Below, in pieces: positions 1-11,312 of a stretch of DNA of 64,000 nt. Positions within the stretch are counted from its first letter, which is position 1, and every line of letters starts with the position of its first letter. Source of the stretch: Torpedo marmorata (taxonomy: Eukaryota). A program made the translations under genes and the position numbers. The notes below the pieces were generated by a model. The model made no database searches. It was not told the DNA's origin and saw nothing but the letters and a program-made list of their open reading frames with translations. The stretch spans positions 186,992,001 to 187,056,000 of the forward strand of contig OZ360222.1 in assembly GCA_977017645.1 (NCBI GenBank), written 5' to 3'.

Positions 1-829
1 CCATGAGGAGATGCTTCCATCATATGTGACCACATTGATGGTTCTCAAGTCATCTCAGTACATGTAAATAAATCTGTGGATAAAACTATCCTTGAATTGG
101 GGGTGGGTCACCAATAACACCCAAATGGAAGGAAGATGAAATGGAAAGACATGCAGAAAGATTCTGGTAAAATAGAGTGGGAAGAGGCTTGTAAATGCCA
201 GTATCAAACAGTTGGGCCAAATGGCCTGATATAGTGCTGTAAACAATGCAGACCTAATAAGGTTCACAGATTTGTCGCTGCTAGTGTTTAGATGAGCAGG
301 GAGGTTAATGTAAGAGGAAAAACATTCTTACTTTATTTTAAGCGCTCGATTTGATGTACAGGAAAAGCAGGTTTGCTCTGTCACGGGTGTCAAATGGAAA
401 CTTGGCAGTTGTCAGCACTGTGTTATTTCTCTAATGGCTGACGAGGGGCCAAATCCTTTTTAGCCGTGGCTCGTAAACAAACACCAGCAGCAGGAGAGAG
501 AGAGTTCGGAGAGATGACTCAAGAATGCTGCTGCAGACACATGGATTTCATCATTTCTGCCTAAAGTGAAACACCACCCTCTCCATCACACCCCCACCAA
601 CCACCCCCTCCCCTCCCTCTCACACAAGGGGTGACCTTCAGGTGCCCAAGTTCCCAATGAGTACAAGCAACCTATTCAACTGTGGCACGTTAATACTGAT
701 ACCAACGTAGTCCCAGCTACCCTTCCTCATACCATAAATGTCAAACCATTCAAAATTCAGTGATCTTCGTCCGAGGTTGAAGGACTGTTCACCCATCACA
801 CTTGAGTTTTGATTCGCATTTATTCATTA

Positions 830-1215
830 TTGAATTGAGCTGAATTCAATTGAATGTAATTGTTTCTTGTACCACGATGCAGTGAAAAAGTTTATTTTGT
901 ATGCTATCCAGGCACGTCAACCTGTAGTTAAGTACAGCAGGTCATGCAAAATAAAACTAAAGTGCAGAGAATAGCATTACAGAAAAAGATTTCCGTTAAA
1001 ACAGTGCAAGGACAGCATTGTTTTATGAATCAGAGGTTCATTCAACAGTCTGATAACAGTGGGGAAGAAACTGTGAAACTTCTTGAATCAGGAGGTTTTC
1101 AAACTCATGTATCTTCTGCCTGACGGGCGAGGAGAGGAGAGAGTGTGACTGGGGTGGGATGAGTCCTTTAATATGCCGGCTGCTTTCCCGAGGCAGTGGG
1201 AAGCGTAGACGTCGG
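830..1215 (-). mobile_element. Rex1/Babar-type LINE 3' fragment (degenerate)
   Basis: Minus strand contains remnants reading ..PSGRRY.. and ..SFFPTVIRL.., the typical C-terminus of these LINEs, followed by a (TTGAA)n-type tail near 830-855. Confidence 0.6.
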
Positions 1216-1219
1216 GGAC

Positions 1220-1622
1220 TCAGTGAAAGTCATGACAATGATGTCAAGGTTAGACTCTCCCTTGTTGGAATTGGTTATTGCCTGGCACTTTTGTGGTGCA
1301 AATGTTACTGGCTGTCTAAAACTCCATGCCTGACTGTGGCAGAGGATCTGGTGCATCTGCTTCATTTGCAGAGGAGTTATGGATGGAAATGAACACTCTG
1401 CAATCATCAGTGAATATCCCTACCTCTGACTTTATGGTACAAGAGCATTGATGAAGCAGCGGAAGGTGATTGCGCCAAAGACACTGCCCTGAGGATCTCC
1501 TGCAGTGATATACTGGCGCAGGATGATTGACATCCTGGCTCCAACTGTTGGAGTGTATTCCCTTGATGCCCCCTGACCAGTTTTGCAGTAACTCCTTGAT
1601 GACACACTTGGTCAAATTTTGC
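1220..1622 (-). mobile_element. CR1/L2-clade LINE reverse-transcriptase fragment (degenerate)
   Basis: Minus strand gives QGSVFGA..CFIN and FTDD (FADD-like) RT motifs in broken frames. Confidence 0.6.
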
Positions 1623-1624
1623 CA

Positions 1625-2070
1625 TGAAGCTTTGGAGAAGGTACAAAATAGGTTCACCAGGATATTGCCTGGATTGAAGTGTATTAGCTACAAGGAGAGG
1701 TTGGTCAAATTTAGATTGTTTTCTCCGGAACTTCAGAGGCCAAGGGATAGAAGTATATAAAATTCTAAGAGGGTATGTAGTCAGAATCTTTCTCCCAGGG
1801 TGGAAATACTAGAGGAATAGGTTTAAAGTTAGAGGGGTAAACTGTTTCTTACAGAGAATGATAGGTGTTCAGAACACACAGCCAGGGAAGGTGGTGGAAA
1901 CAGGTACAATAGCAATGTTTAAGAGGCATTTAGACAGGCACATGAACAGGCAGGGAATGGGGGGATATAATCAAGTTGCAGGCAGATTGGATTAGTTAAA
2001 TTGGCACCCTGACTGATACAGACATGGTGTGCCGAAGAGCCTGTACCTGAGCTATGCTGTTCCATGTTCA
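1625..2070 (+). mobile_element. CR1 LINE 3' end
   Basis: ORF remnant EALEKVQNRFTRILPGLKCISYKERL, then a CR1 3'-UTR/tail (GGTGTGCCGAAGAGCCTGTACCTGAGCTATGCTGTTCCATGTTC). Confidence 0.8.
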
Positions 2071-2289
2071 ATGTCAAGGGCAGCCACTCTCATCTTTCCT
2101 TTGAAATTTGGCTCCTTGGTCCACATTTGGACCAAGGTTGTGATTCATGTCTGCCACTGATTGACCCTGGAGAAGTAAAACTGGGCACTGATGATTCACA
2201 AGTTGTGAGTAAGTGCCACTTAATAGTTGTATTGATGGCAGCTTCTATCAATTTACTGATGATAATTGGTCAATAATTAGCTGGATTGG

Positions 2290-2505
2290 ATTTTCATTTA
2301 GAGATACAGCACAGTAACGGGCCCTTCCGGCCCACGTCGCCCAAACTACCAATTAACCTACAAACCCTGTATGTTTTTGGAGGGTGGGAGGAAACTGGAG
2401 CACCTGGAGGAAACCCACACAGATACAGGGAGAACATACAAACTCTTACAGACAGCGTTGGATTGGAACCTGGGTCACTGGCGCTGTAATAGTGTTGCGC
2501 TAACC
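2290..2505 (-). mobile_element. V-SINE/HE1-type tRNA-derived SINE
   Basis: Reverse complement has a tRNA-like head and the V-core GAGTTTGTATGTTCTCCCTGTATCTGTGTGGGTTTCCTCCAGGTGCTCCAGTTTCCTCCCAC, plus a CR1-like tail. Confidence 0.8.
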
Positions 2506-2699
2506 TTTATTGTTTTTTGCTTTGCACTTTGTGATTGGGCAGTTTCCCCCATTGTCGAGTTACAGGTAGATGCTAGTGTTATAACTGACCTAAAACAGGT
2601 ACAGCTTGTTCTGGAGTGCTGGTTTTCAGTACGACAGTGAGCATGTTTTCTAATCCCGAGCCTTTGCTGTATTCAATGCTCTCTGCCATTTCATGATGT

Positions 2700-2885
2700 T
2701 CTCTGGAAAGCACTGCTTGGAATCAGATACAGTCATTACCTTTAAGAGGCAGTTGGACAGATGCTTAAATAGGCAAGGCGTGGAAGGTGCAAAAATGGGA
2801 TGAGTGCAGATGGCCAAATGGGTTGGCACGGATATGGTGGCCCAATGGGCCTGCTTCTGTGCTGGACAACTCGATGACTATGAAT
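2700..2885 (+). mobile_element. CR1 LINE 3' tail fragment
   Basis: TTTAAGAGGCAGTTGGACAG...GGCCCAATGGGCCTGCTTCTGTGCTG matches the other CR1 tails in the window. Confidence 0.65.
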
Positions 2886-3247
2886 TAATTCAGCAGACAA
2901 TTGACTTCTGTGATGGTGGGAATCTGAGAAGGTGGCTGAGATGTACCATCTATTCAATGCGTCAGGCTAAACATATTTGCAGGTGTTTAGCCTCGTTCTA
3001 GCACTCACACACTGGGCTCCACCATGGGGATGTTCTTGGAGCTTCCTTCTCCCATTAGCTTTTTAATCATTCACAACTAGATGTGGGGGCAACGCAGAGG
3101 TTCAGGCTGATCCGCAGGGTGTTACATTATCTGATACTACTCCCAGCATGCCCTCCGCACTCCCTGTTGAACCTGGGTTGATCCCTTGGCTCGATAGCAA
3201 TGGTGGAGTGATAGATTCGCTGAACCATGAGGTTACAAGTTTGTGGT

Positions 3248-4096
3248 TGTTATGGACCATGACTGACCATTTGGACTGCGGACAGTCAGCAGGAAGGATG
3301 AAGTATTTTGGAGTATACACTGGGGCCAGGTACTGAAAGAGTTAACTTGCCCAGGACTTGGTGTACCCAGAGAGAGAGAGAGCAGAGAGAGACAGACTGT
3401 TGCATACATTGTTGCACTTTTGCAAAAGCAGGTGCAGACCTCTGCAAAAAGCAGACAGTTGGGAGTTGCAAAGGCTAGAGAACACAGCCAAATCCAGGCT
3501 TGGGCATCCCAGAGAAAAGACTGGCAGGATAGCACATGGCCTCCTGTCTCAGAGAAATTCTGAGGAAAAGCAACTTCTGTGGAGAACAGGCGTGAGATCA
3601 GCGAGACTAGCTGTGAGATCCAAGCACACGCCTAAATCAGTGGTATACTGATCTGAACTCGCAATCCTTATGAACACACAAGAAGGGGACGTCATCAGAG
3701 AAGAAAACAAGTATTTGTAAGCATAAACAGTCATTGTCTCTCTCCAACGTTCATTCAGAAGTACTTCTACCAGACACAGAGCTGAATTTGAAGCCTGAAC
3801 TTAGAGAGTGAATTTTGTGGACTGTATTATTCTTTTTTTTGACTGACTTGTTTTTATGACTGACCTGGGGTTTTTGGGGAAAGTTTTTCCATTTTTACAT
3901 AAGGGTTGGGCACAGACTGTAATGGTCTGGGCTTTACACACACACACACCTTTTAGATAAGAATAGTGTTTATAGACATTTATAGTGGGGTTAATTGTTG
4001 TGAAATTATATGTTTAATTGTCTTTAATAAATAGTAATTTCAATTTTACCCCTTTTGCATTGCATCTTCTGTCATTGCTGGTTTGATTTTGTAACA
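3248..4096 (+). mobile_element. Solo LTR of the Gypsy/Gmr1 family found at 5134-13823
   Basis: TGTTA...TAACA termini, flanked by the 5-bp TSD GTGGT (3243-3247 and 4097-4101), and colinear with both LTRs of the downstream element. It appears to interrupt an older degenerate LINE fragment. Confidence 0.93.
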
Positions 4097-4260
4097 GTGG
4101 TGGTGTGTGCGTTAGCTGTTGCTGATGTCCAGGGCACCTCATGGATGGCTGGTTGTGCAACTGGATGTGTTAAGCCCCTCCTGTTTAGCATAATTGTACA
4201 TAATACGAGAGAGGGTGTACTGGTGTAAAGCAGGACTCTGCAAGGATCATGCGTGAGTCC

Positions 4261-4368
4261 ATGCTTTCATGGAGAGATGTATCATCTGTAGGTATACCAA
4301 GTCAAATAGGTTCAATGCTTTCATGGAGAGATGTATCAGCTGTAGGTATACCAGGTCATATAGGTTCA
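4261..4368. repeat. 54-bp tandem duplication (2 copies)
   Basis: ATGCTTTCATGGAGAGATGTATCA..TAGGTTCA occurs at 4261-4314 and 4315-4368 with a few mismatches. Confidence 0.9.
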
Positions 4369-4694
4369 ACCTTCATGTTGGCTCACTCGTTACATTCCTC
4401 AGGCCCAGTCCAGCAGCTAGATCCTTCAGGACTTGGCCACCTCCATCAGCAATGTTGCAACCCAGCCACTCTTGGTGATGGACATTGAAGACCTCACCTG
4501 GGAGACATTTTGCACCTTTGCTATTTTCTGCACCTCTTCCAAATGTTGTCCGACAAGGAAGAGAAAGAACTCAACAATGAGGGAGATGGGCAGGTGATCG
4601 GTGCTCACTTGTTTTTGCTCATCTCAAGCACCTTTCATACCTTTTCAACACATCTGATTGAGGCATGGCATGAGTCTTGATGCAGTGACTCAAC

Positions 4695-4815
4695 GTTACA
4701 AAAACAGCTACTTCCCCTCCGCCATCAGATTTCTGAACAGACAATTAACCTATGGACACTTCCGCAAAACAAGAAATTTCATGACATGTTCATGACAATA
4801 AACCAGATTCTGATA
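4695..4815 (+). mobile_element. Rex1/Babar-type LINE 3' remnant
   Basis: Reads KNSYFPSAIRFLN, followed by the ATGACAATAAA tail. Confidence 0.55.
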
Positions 4816-5133
4816 GCAAATGTAAAAAAGCAGAAAGGACCCCACCCACATTCATTCATTCTCATTGGTCAGGCACTGATTCTCTTTTAAATATTTGATA
4901 GCAGTTGTATTTCTGGTACAGTGCCAAGATATGTGTGTTGCAAAAAGAGACTTTGATCAATAAAATCTGCATCACAAGATCTGGTCCTTTGCTCCAACTA
5001 GAAATATTAAATTGTGTTTTGAGTTACCTATCTTCTGGTCACCTCGAGCTTGGGTTGTGGTTTGGAATTGTATATTGTGAAAAATTTGCCTTGAGCAAGA
5101 CATTGTTGACATTAGTTTTATATGAATGAATAC

Positions 5134-5962
5134 TGTTATGGACCATGACTGACCACTTGGACTGCGGATGGTAAGCAGGAAGGATGAAGTCTTTTGGAGT
5201 ACACACTGGGACCAGGTACTGAAAGAGTTAACTTGCCCAGGATGGGGTGTACTCAGAGAGAGACACACAGAGAGAGACAGGCTTTTGCAAAATCAGGTGC
5301 AAAATTCTGCAAAAATCATTTCAGTTTGGAGTTGCAAGAGGCTGGAGCAACACAGCCAAATCCAGGCTTGTGCATCCCAGGGGAAAAGGCTGGGAAAATA
5401 GCACATGGCCTCCTGTATCAGCAAAATCCTGATTTAAATCAACTTTCATGGAGAACAGGCGTGAGATCAGCGAGACCGGCTGTGAGATCCAAGTATTCGC
5501 CTCAATCAAAACTGATTTGGAATTGCAATCCTCGTGTACCTACCAAAAGGGAAAGTCATCAGGGAAGAAAAGCAGGCCAAGCATTCGTAAACTTAAACAG
5601 TTATTGTCTCTCTCTCCAACGTTCATTAAGGAGTCCTTCATGCCAGCACACAAAGCTGAATTTGGACCCTGAACATAGAGTGATTTTTGTGGACTGTATT
5701 TTTGGGACTGACTTATTTTTATGACTGACCTGGGGGTTTTGGGGAAGGTTTTCCATTTTTACATGAGGGTTGGGCACAGACGGTAATGGTCTGGGCTTTA
5801 CACACACACACACACCTTTTAGATAAGAATAGTGTTTATAGACGTTTATAGTGGGGTTAATTGTTAAGAAATTGTATGTTTAATTGTCTTTAATAAATAT
5901 AAATTTCAATTTTACCCCTTTTGCATTGCGTCTTCTGTCGTTGCTGGTTTGAATTTGTAACA
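5134..5962 (+). repeat. 5' LTR
   Basis: Starts TGTTATGG, ends TGTAACA, has AATAAA near 5893, and aligns with 13011-13823 and 3248-4096. Confidence 0.95.
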
Positions 5963-5965
5963 AAT

Positions 5966-5984
5966 TGGGGGCATGTCCAAGGAT
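5966..5984 (+). promoter_or_regulatory. Primer-binding site, tRNA-Pro-like (degenerate)
   Basis: TGGGGGCATGTCCAAGGAT lies 3 nt after the 5' LTR and resembles the tRNA-Pro PBS TGGGGGCTCGTCCGGGAT. Confidence 0.75.
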
Positions 5985-6152
5985 TGAATCAAGTTCCAGC
6001 TTGGTAATTGAAGGAATCCCAGTCTGGTTTAAGACATTCCTTTTGTAAAGCTAATTAAAAGCTAGTGTGTGTGTAACAAAAAACCAGCAACAATCAATGT
6101 AGAAAAATTTTTGGAATTACCTGAACCTGATACTTTAAAAAAGGCTAAAAAG

Positions 6153-9100
6153 CTTCTACTACAGATAAATTTATTATCTGGGATACTTTAAAAGCATATT
6201 TGCAAGGACAAATAATCAGTTACACTACAAAGATGAAAAAGGAATATACAAGGGAGGTGGATGAATTCGAACACGAGATATCTCATTTGGAAAAAGACCT
6301 TCAAAAGTCAGGCTCAGAGGAAAAACGTAGAAAATTAATTAATAAAAAGCTCAAGTTTAATACATTACAAACATATAAAATTGAGAAAATGATAACCACA
6401 ACTAAACAAAAATACTACGAGCAAGGGGAAAGAGCCCAAAAGTTCTTAGCATGGCAGTTGAAAACAGAACAGGTCTCAAGAACGATTAATGCGATCAAAA
6501 TGGAAACAGACAGGATTTCCTATAAACTATAGGATATTAATGAGGCCTTTAAACAATTTTACACTAGACTATATGAATCAGAATCTCAAAGGAATATTAG
6601 TGAAATTGAAGGAATCCTGTCACAATTGGATCTTCCAAATCTAGATTTAGAAGAGCAGAGGGAGCTCAATGCCCCCTTTATCCAAGTCGAGATGGAGGGG
6701 GCACTGGGTTCTTTGCAAATTAATAAATCTCCAGGGGAGGATGGATTTCCACCTGAATTTTACAAAGAATTTAAAGATCTTTTGATACCACTACTTATGG
6801 AGGTGTTGGATCAAGCGGTCAAGACACATACCCTCCCGGAATCATTCTCAACAGCAATAATTACAGTGATACCCAAAAAAGATAGGGATCCATTAAAGCC
6901 GTCTTCTTATAGACCTATTTCATTATTAAATTCAGACTATAAGATCATTGCAAAAGCTTTGGCAAACAGACTGGCAGTTTTTTTGCCAAAATTGATAAAT
7001 ATGGATCAAACAGGCTTTATACAAAAAAGACAAATAGTAGATAATGTAAGCAGATTGCTTAGTATAATACATCTGGCACAATCAAGAGGGGATCAAGGTG
7101 TCACTGTGGCCCTGGATGCAGAAAAAGCTTTTGATAGAGTGGAGTGGGATTTTTTATTTAAAGTGCTGGAACGATTTGGACTTGGACAGAATTTTATAAA
7201 CTGGATTAAGGCTTTATATAATAAGCCCCAAGCTAGAGTTGTGACCAATGGACAAATTTCCTCAGCATTCCCACTATCCAGATCTACCAGGCAAGGCTGT
7301 CCACTGTCTCCAGCTCTTTTTATTTTGGTTATAGAACCATTAGCAGAAGCTATTCGGCGAGATCCAGACATTAAGGGATTCAGGGTTAACCAGGAAGAGC
7401 ACAAAATTAACTTATTTGCAGATGATGTACTTATATAGCTGACAGAACCAGCAGTTTCTTTAGAAAAATTGCACTTAAAATTGGAAGATTATGGGAAAAT
7501 TTCCGATTACAAGATAAATTGGGACAAAAGTGAAATTATGCCACTTACGGATGGAGATTATACTCAATACCAAAGGAATATAAATTTTAAGTGGCCGGCA
7601 AATGGGATAAAATATTTAGGCATTAAAACAAATAACAACTTACAAGATTTGTAAAAGTTAAATTACCTCCCCTTGCTTAGAAAAGCTGAAGAGGATCTTA
7701 ACAGATGGACAGCACTGCCAATAACACTAATTGGCAGGGTCAATTGTATAAAAATGAATATATTGCCATGGATCCAATATCTTTTCCAAACACTTCCTAT
7801 ACCATTGCCTCGAGGGTTCTTTCAAGAATTAAATAAATATATCAGGAAGTTCATTTGGAGAGGTAAGGTATCCAGAGTTTCCACGGAAAATTTAACATGC
7901 AGATATGAACTGGGAGGTTTACAACTTCCAGATTTCAAAAAATATTATTGGGCAGCCCAAATGAAATTTGTCACCTCCTTCTTTGAAGGAGAAGACAAGC
8001 CTTCCTGGGTAAAGATGGAACTGCATAAGGTGGGAGAGAAGATAGCAGAAGACTTTATATACAAATGGGATAAAAAATTAATATCCGGTGTGAAAGAAAC
8101 CCCCCTGTTGAAACACATAATTGATACCTGGTATAAAATAAATGATCAAATTGGAAATAAGGGGAGGTTATCTCCAAAAACGCCCCTGGCTCAAAATAGG
8201 TATATACCTTTTACAATGGATAATAAGATCCTGGACGCCTGGTCCAGGAAATGGATCAGATGTGTCGAGGAATGCTATGAGCAGGGACAACTTATGTCAT
8301 TTGAACAATTAAAAAATAAGTATGGTATTATGAATAATACACTCTTCTGCTATTTCCAGCTGAGATCTTACTTAAGGGATAAATTGGGCCCATCAATGAC
8401 CCTACGTGGAATGCAGTGAAGTGGAGACTTTGATTCGAAAGGGGATCACAAAGAAGGTTATTTCAGCAGCCTATCTTTTACTACAAAAAGGAACCCCTAA
8501 ACAGGGGCTACATAGATCTGGACAGAGATGGGAGTCAGACTTGGATATAATAATTAATGAACAAAACTGGTCCGACTTATGTCGGGACAGTATGAAAAAC
8601 ACAATAAATGTGAGATACAGACTGGTGCAATACAATTTTTTGCACCAGTGATATCTCACGCCGCAAAAATTGAATACATTTAAATCAGAAATATCAGATA
8701 AATGTTTTAGATGCGGCAAAGAAATAGGAACATTTTTGCATTTAACCTGGTCATGCCCCAAAGTAAAATCTTTCTAGACAGATTAAGGGAAACTCTTAGA
8801 ACAAATTACAGAAATTCAGTTCCCACAACGCCCAGAATTATTTCTATTGGGCAATATCTCCAGCGTAAGACCTAAGATGAGGCTGTCAAAATTTCAAATA
8901 AAATTTGTGGAGATCGCATTCGCGGTGGCCAGAAAATGTATAGCGGTCACATGGAAGTCTGATTCCCATCTCGGTATGACAAGATGGAATGAGGAAATGT
9001 ACAGTTGTGTGCCCCTTGAGAAGATTCCCTATAATCTTAGAAATAGATATGATATATTTTTAGAGATTTGGACTCCATATTTACAACACATGGCTGTAAA

Positions 9101-9427
9101 TCTATAACCAGGCCCCCCCTTGCCCCCAGGACCTATGTCCATTTCCTCTTCAGAAATCCGAGTATGCCAAGTAATTTAAGACTGCGGGGTGGGCGACGAA
9201 CCTCCAACGTCTTCTTTCCTTTTCTATTTCAACCTTTTCTTATTCTATACCTTTCTTTTCTTTCACTTAGGGGGGAATTGGGTGGGTGGGTTTTCCTTTG
9301 TTTGTAATTTTTTTGTTGTTTTATAGTATAATAGTCAACAGACAAATATTATATTTGATGATGTATTATTTTTGTTATTGATAATATGTTTGGCTTTAAA
9401 AAATACAAATAAAATATTCCAAAAAAA
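6153..9427 (+). mobile_element. 5'-truncated L1 (fish-type) inserted into gag; ORF2 pseudogene (RT plus C-terminal Cys motif, no endonuclease)
   Basis: ORF pieces with KSPGEDGF, YRPISLLN, LDAEKAFDRV, RQGCPLSP and FADD, several stops and a frameshift. AATAAA at 9408, a poly(A) run, and TSD AAAAAG (6147-6152 and 9428-9433). Confidence 0.95.
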
Positions 9428-9433
9428 AAAAGG

Positions 9434-10960
9434 AACAGTTAGTGGCTATAGCAACAGAGTTGGGCATTGCTTCTGTAAAACCATCAATGAAAAAGGCAGA
9501 GATTGGGAGAAAAATTGCCAAATACTATATAAAAGGGAAAAAGTTTGAGGAGAGTGTGTTGGAGCAATTTCCCCAAGGATAAACTTTCTGAAAACATACA
9601 GTTGGAACAAAAGAGATTAGACAGGGAATTGGAACTAAAGAAATTGGAATTGGGAAAAAAAGAAATTAGACAGGGAATTGGAACAAAAGAGATTAGACTT
9701 GGAGAGAGAGGAGAAAATTAGGCAATATGAGCTGGAAAAAATTAAGATGGAAAATGAGAGGAGACAAGAAGAGCACCAAGATCAAATTCGTCATCCTGCT
9801 GAGGGGTTTTTGGCTAGTAGAGAAGTTAGGTTGGTTCCTCCATTTGAGGAGGCGGAAATAGATAAGTACTTCCAACATTTTGAGAAGGTGGCTGTGAAAT
9901 TAAAATGGCCACAAGACCAATGGTCTCTTATGTTACAAAGTGTAATTAAAGGAAAAGCTCAGCAAGCTTATTGTACTCTTACCACAGAGCAAGCTGCTGA
10001 TTATGAAACGGTGAAAAAGGCTATACTCCAGGCTTACGAGTTAGTTCCAGAGGCTTATAGACAGAAGTTTATAAATTTAAAAAGATCAGCAACCCAACCT
10101 TACACAGAGTTTGCCTATGAAAAGGTTGTGTGTTTTGAACGGTGGTGCACATCTAAGGCGGTAAACAATGATTACAATCAATTGAGAGAATTGATAATAA
10201 TTGAGGAGATAAAAAGGTGTATTCCTAAGGATATTAAGGCATACTTAGATGAAAAGAAGGTGAAAACTTGGCAAAATTCAGCTAAGTTAGCAGATGAATA
10301 TGCTTTAACCCACAAGCCTAAGTGGACGTCAGGCAGAATTTTCCAAAAGGGCACTGTGGATAATCACAAGCAAGTGGAAAGTAAATTTGGAAGTGGTGTT
10401 AAGGAAACAGATGAAGGAAAGTGGAAAAAGGAAAGCCCTTCGGGTCCCATTTGCCACTACTGTAGGAAGGCTGGTCATATGCTAGCAAGCTGTCCAGTGT
10501 TGAAAAAGAGGAGAGAAAAGGATGCAACACCTAATGCTTGTATTCAGAGTGAGAAGAGGCATAACACCCAGGAAGGAGATAAATTTACTGACAAAGTTAA
10601 GGATGTATTTAAACTTTTTGTGACTGATGCTTTTGTTTCAGTTAAGGCAGGATCAAAGCAGGTTCCTGTGAAAATCTTGCAAGATACTGGAGCTGCTCAG
10701 TCACTTGTGTTAGATAGTGTCTTGGAATTTTGTGAGCCACTGACACTGGTGAAATGAATTTAATTAAAGGAATTGGGGGTGATGTTGAGTCCATTTCTTT
10801 GCACAAAATAGTGTTGAACTCAGCCTTGGTGGAAGGACCTGTTATAATAGAGTGAGATCAGAGATGCCAGTGGAAGGAGTCTCACTGTTGCTAGGCAATG
10901 ACTTGGCTGAGGGTAAAGTAGATCCTGCAATGTGAATGACCACTAAGCCAGTCATTGATA
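9434..10960 (+). pseudogene. Gag (SCAN-like capsid, CCHC knuckle) and aspartic protease of the Gypsy element; gag N-terminus lies at ~6094-6152
   Basis: VRLVPPFEEAEIDKYFQHFEKVA..W..KAQQAY..YETVKKAIL..EAYRQKF, knuckle CHYCRKAGHMLASC, protease ILQDTGA. The frame INVEKFLELPEPDTLKKAKK|EQLVAIATELG joins across the L1. Confidence 0.9.
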
Positions 10961-11312
10961 AGTCAGAGAAGGACTCTGATATTTATACGGCATGTGCCAT
11001 AACCAAGGCCATGTCTAAGAAAAATGTCACTGTAGAGAAGGCAGTGGAAAATAAATTGGTGAAAGAAAAAGTCAGTGATAATCAAAAACACCTGGAAAAA
11101 GGTTGAGCAATCTCCTGTGTTAGACCCATACACTAATAAGACATCTAAAGGCACAGATTTGTCTCTATCCCAACAGGAACTAATAGCAAGGCAAAAGGAG
11201 GATCCTGATCTTGCTGATGTGAGGGATAAGGTTCTCTCTGAAGAGGAGATTAATAAGGTGCCAGTGGGTTATTATGAAAAAGATGGGGTGTTGATGAGAA
11301 AGTGGAGACCAT

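Noticed and set aside
9678-10757. Domesticated SCAN/gag host gene
   Set aside because: It sits between LTRs, has an upstream stop and an L1 insertion, and is frameshifted in the protease, so it is a decaying retroelement.
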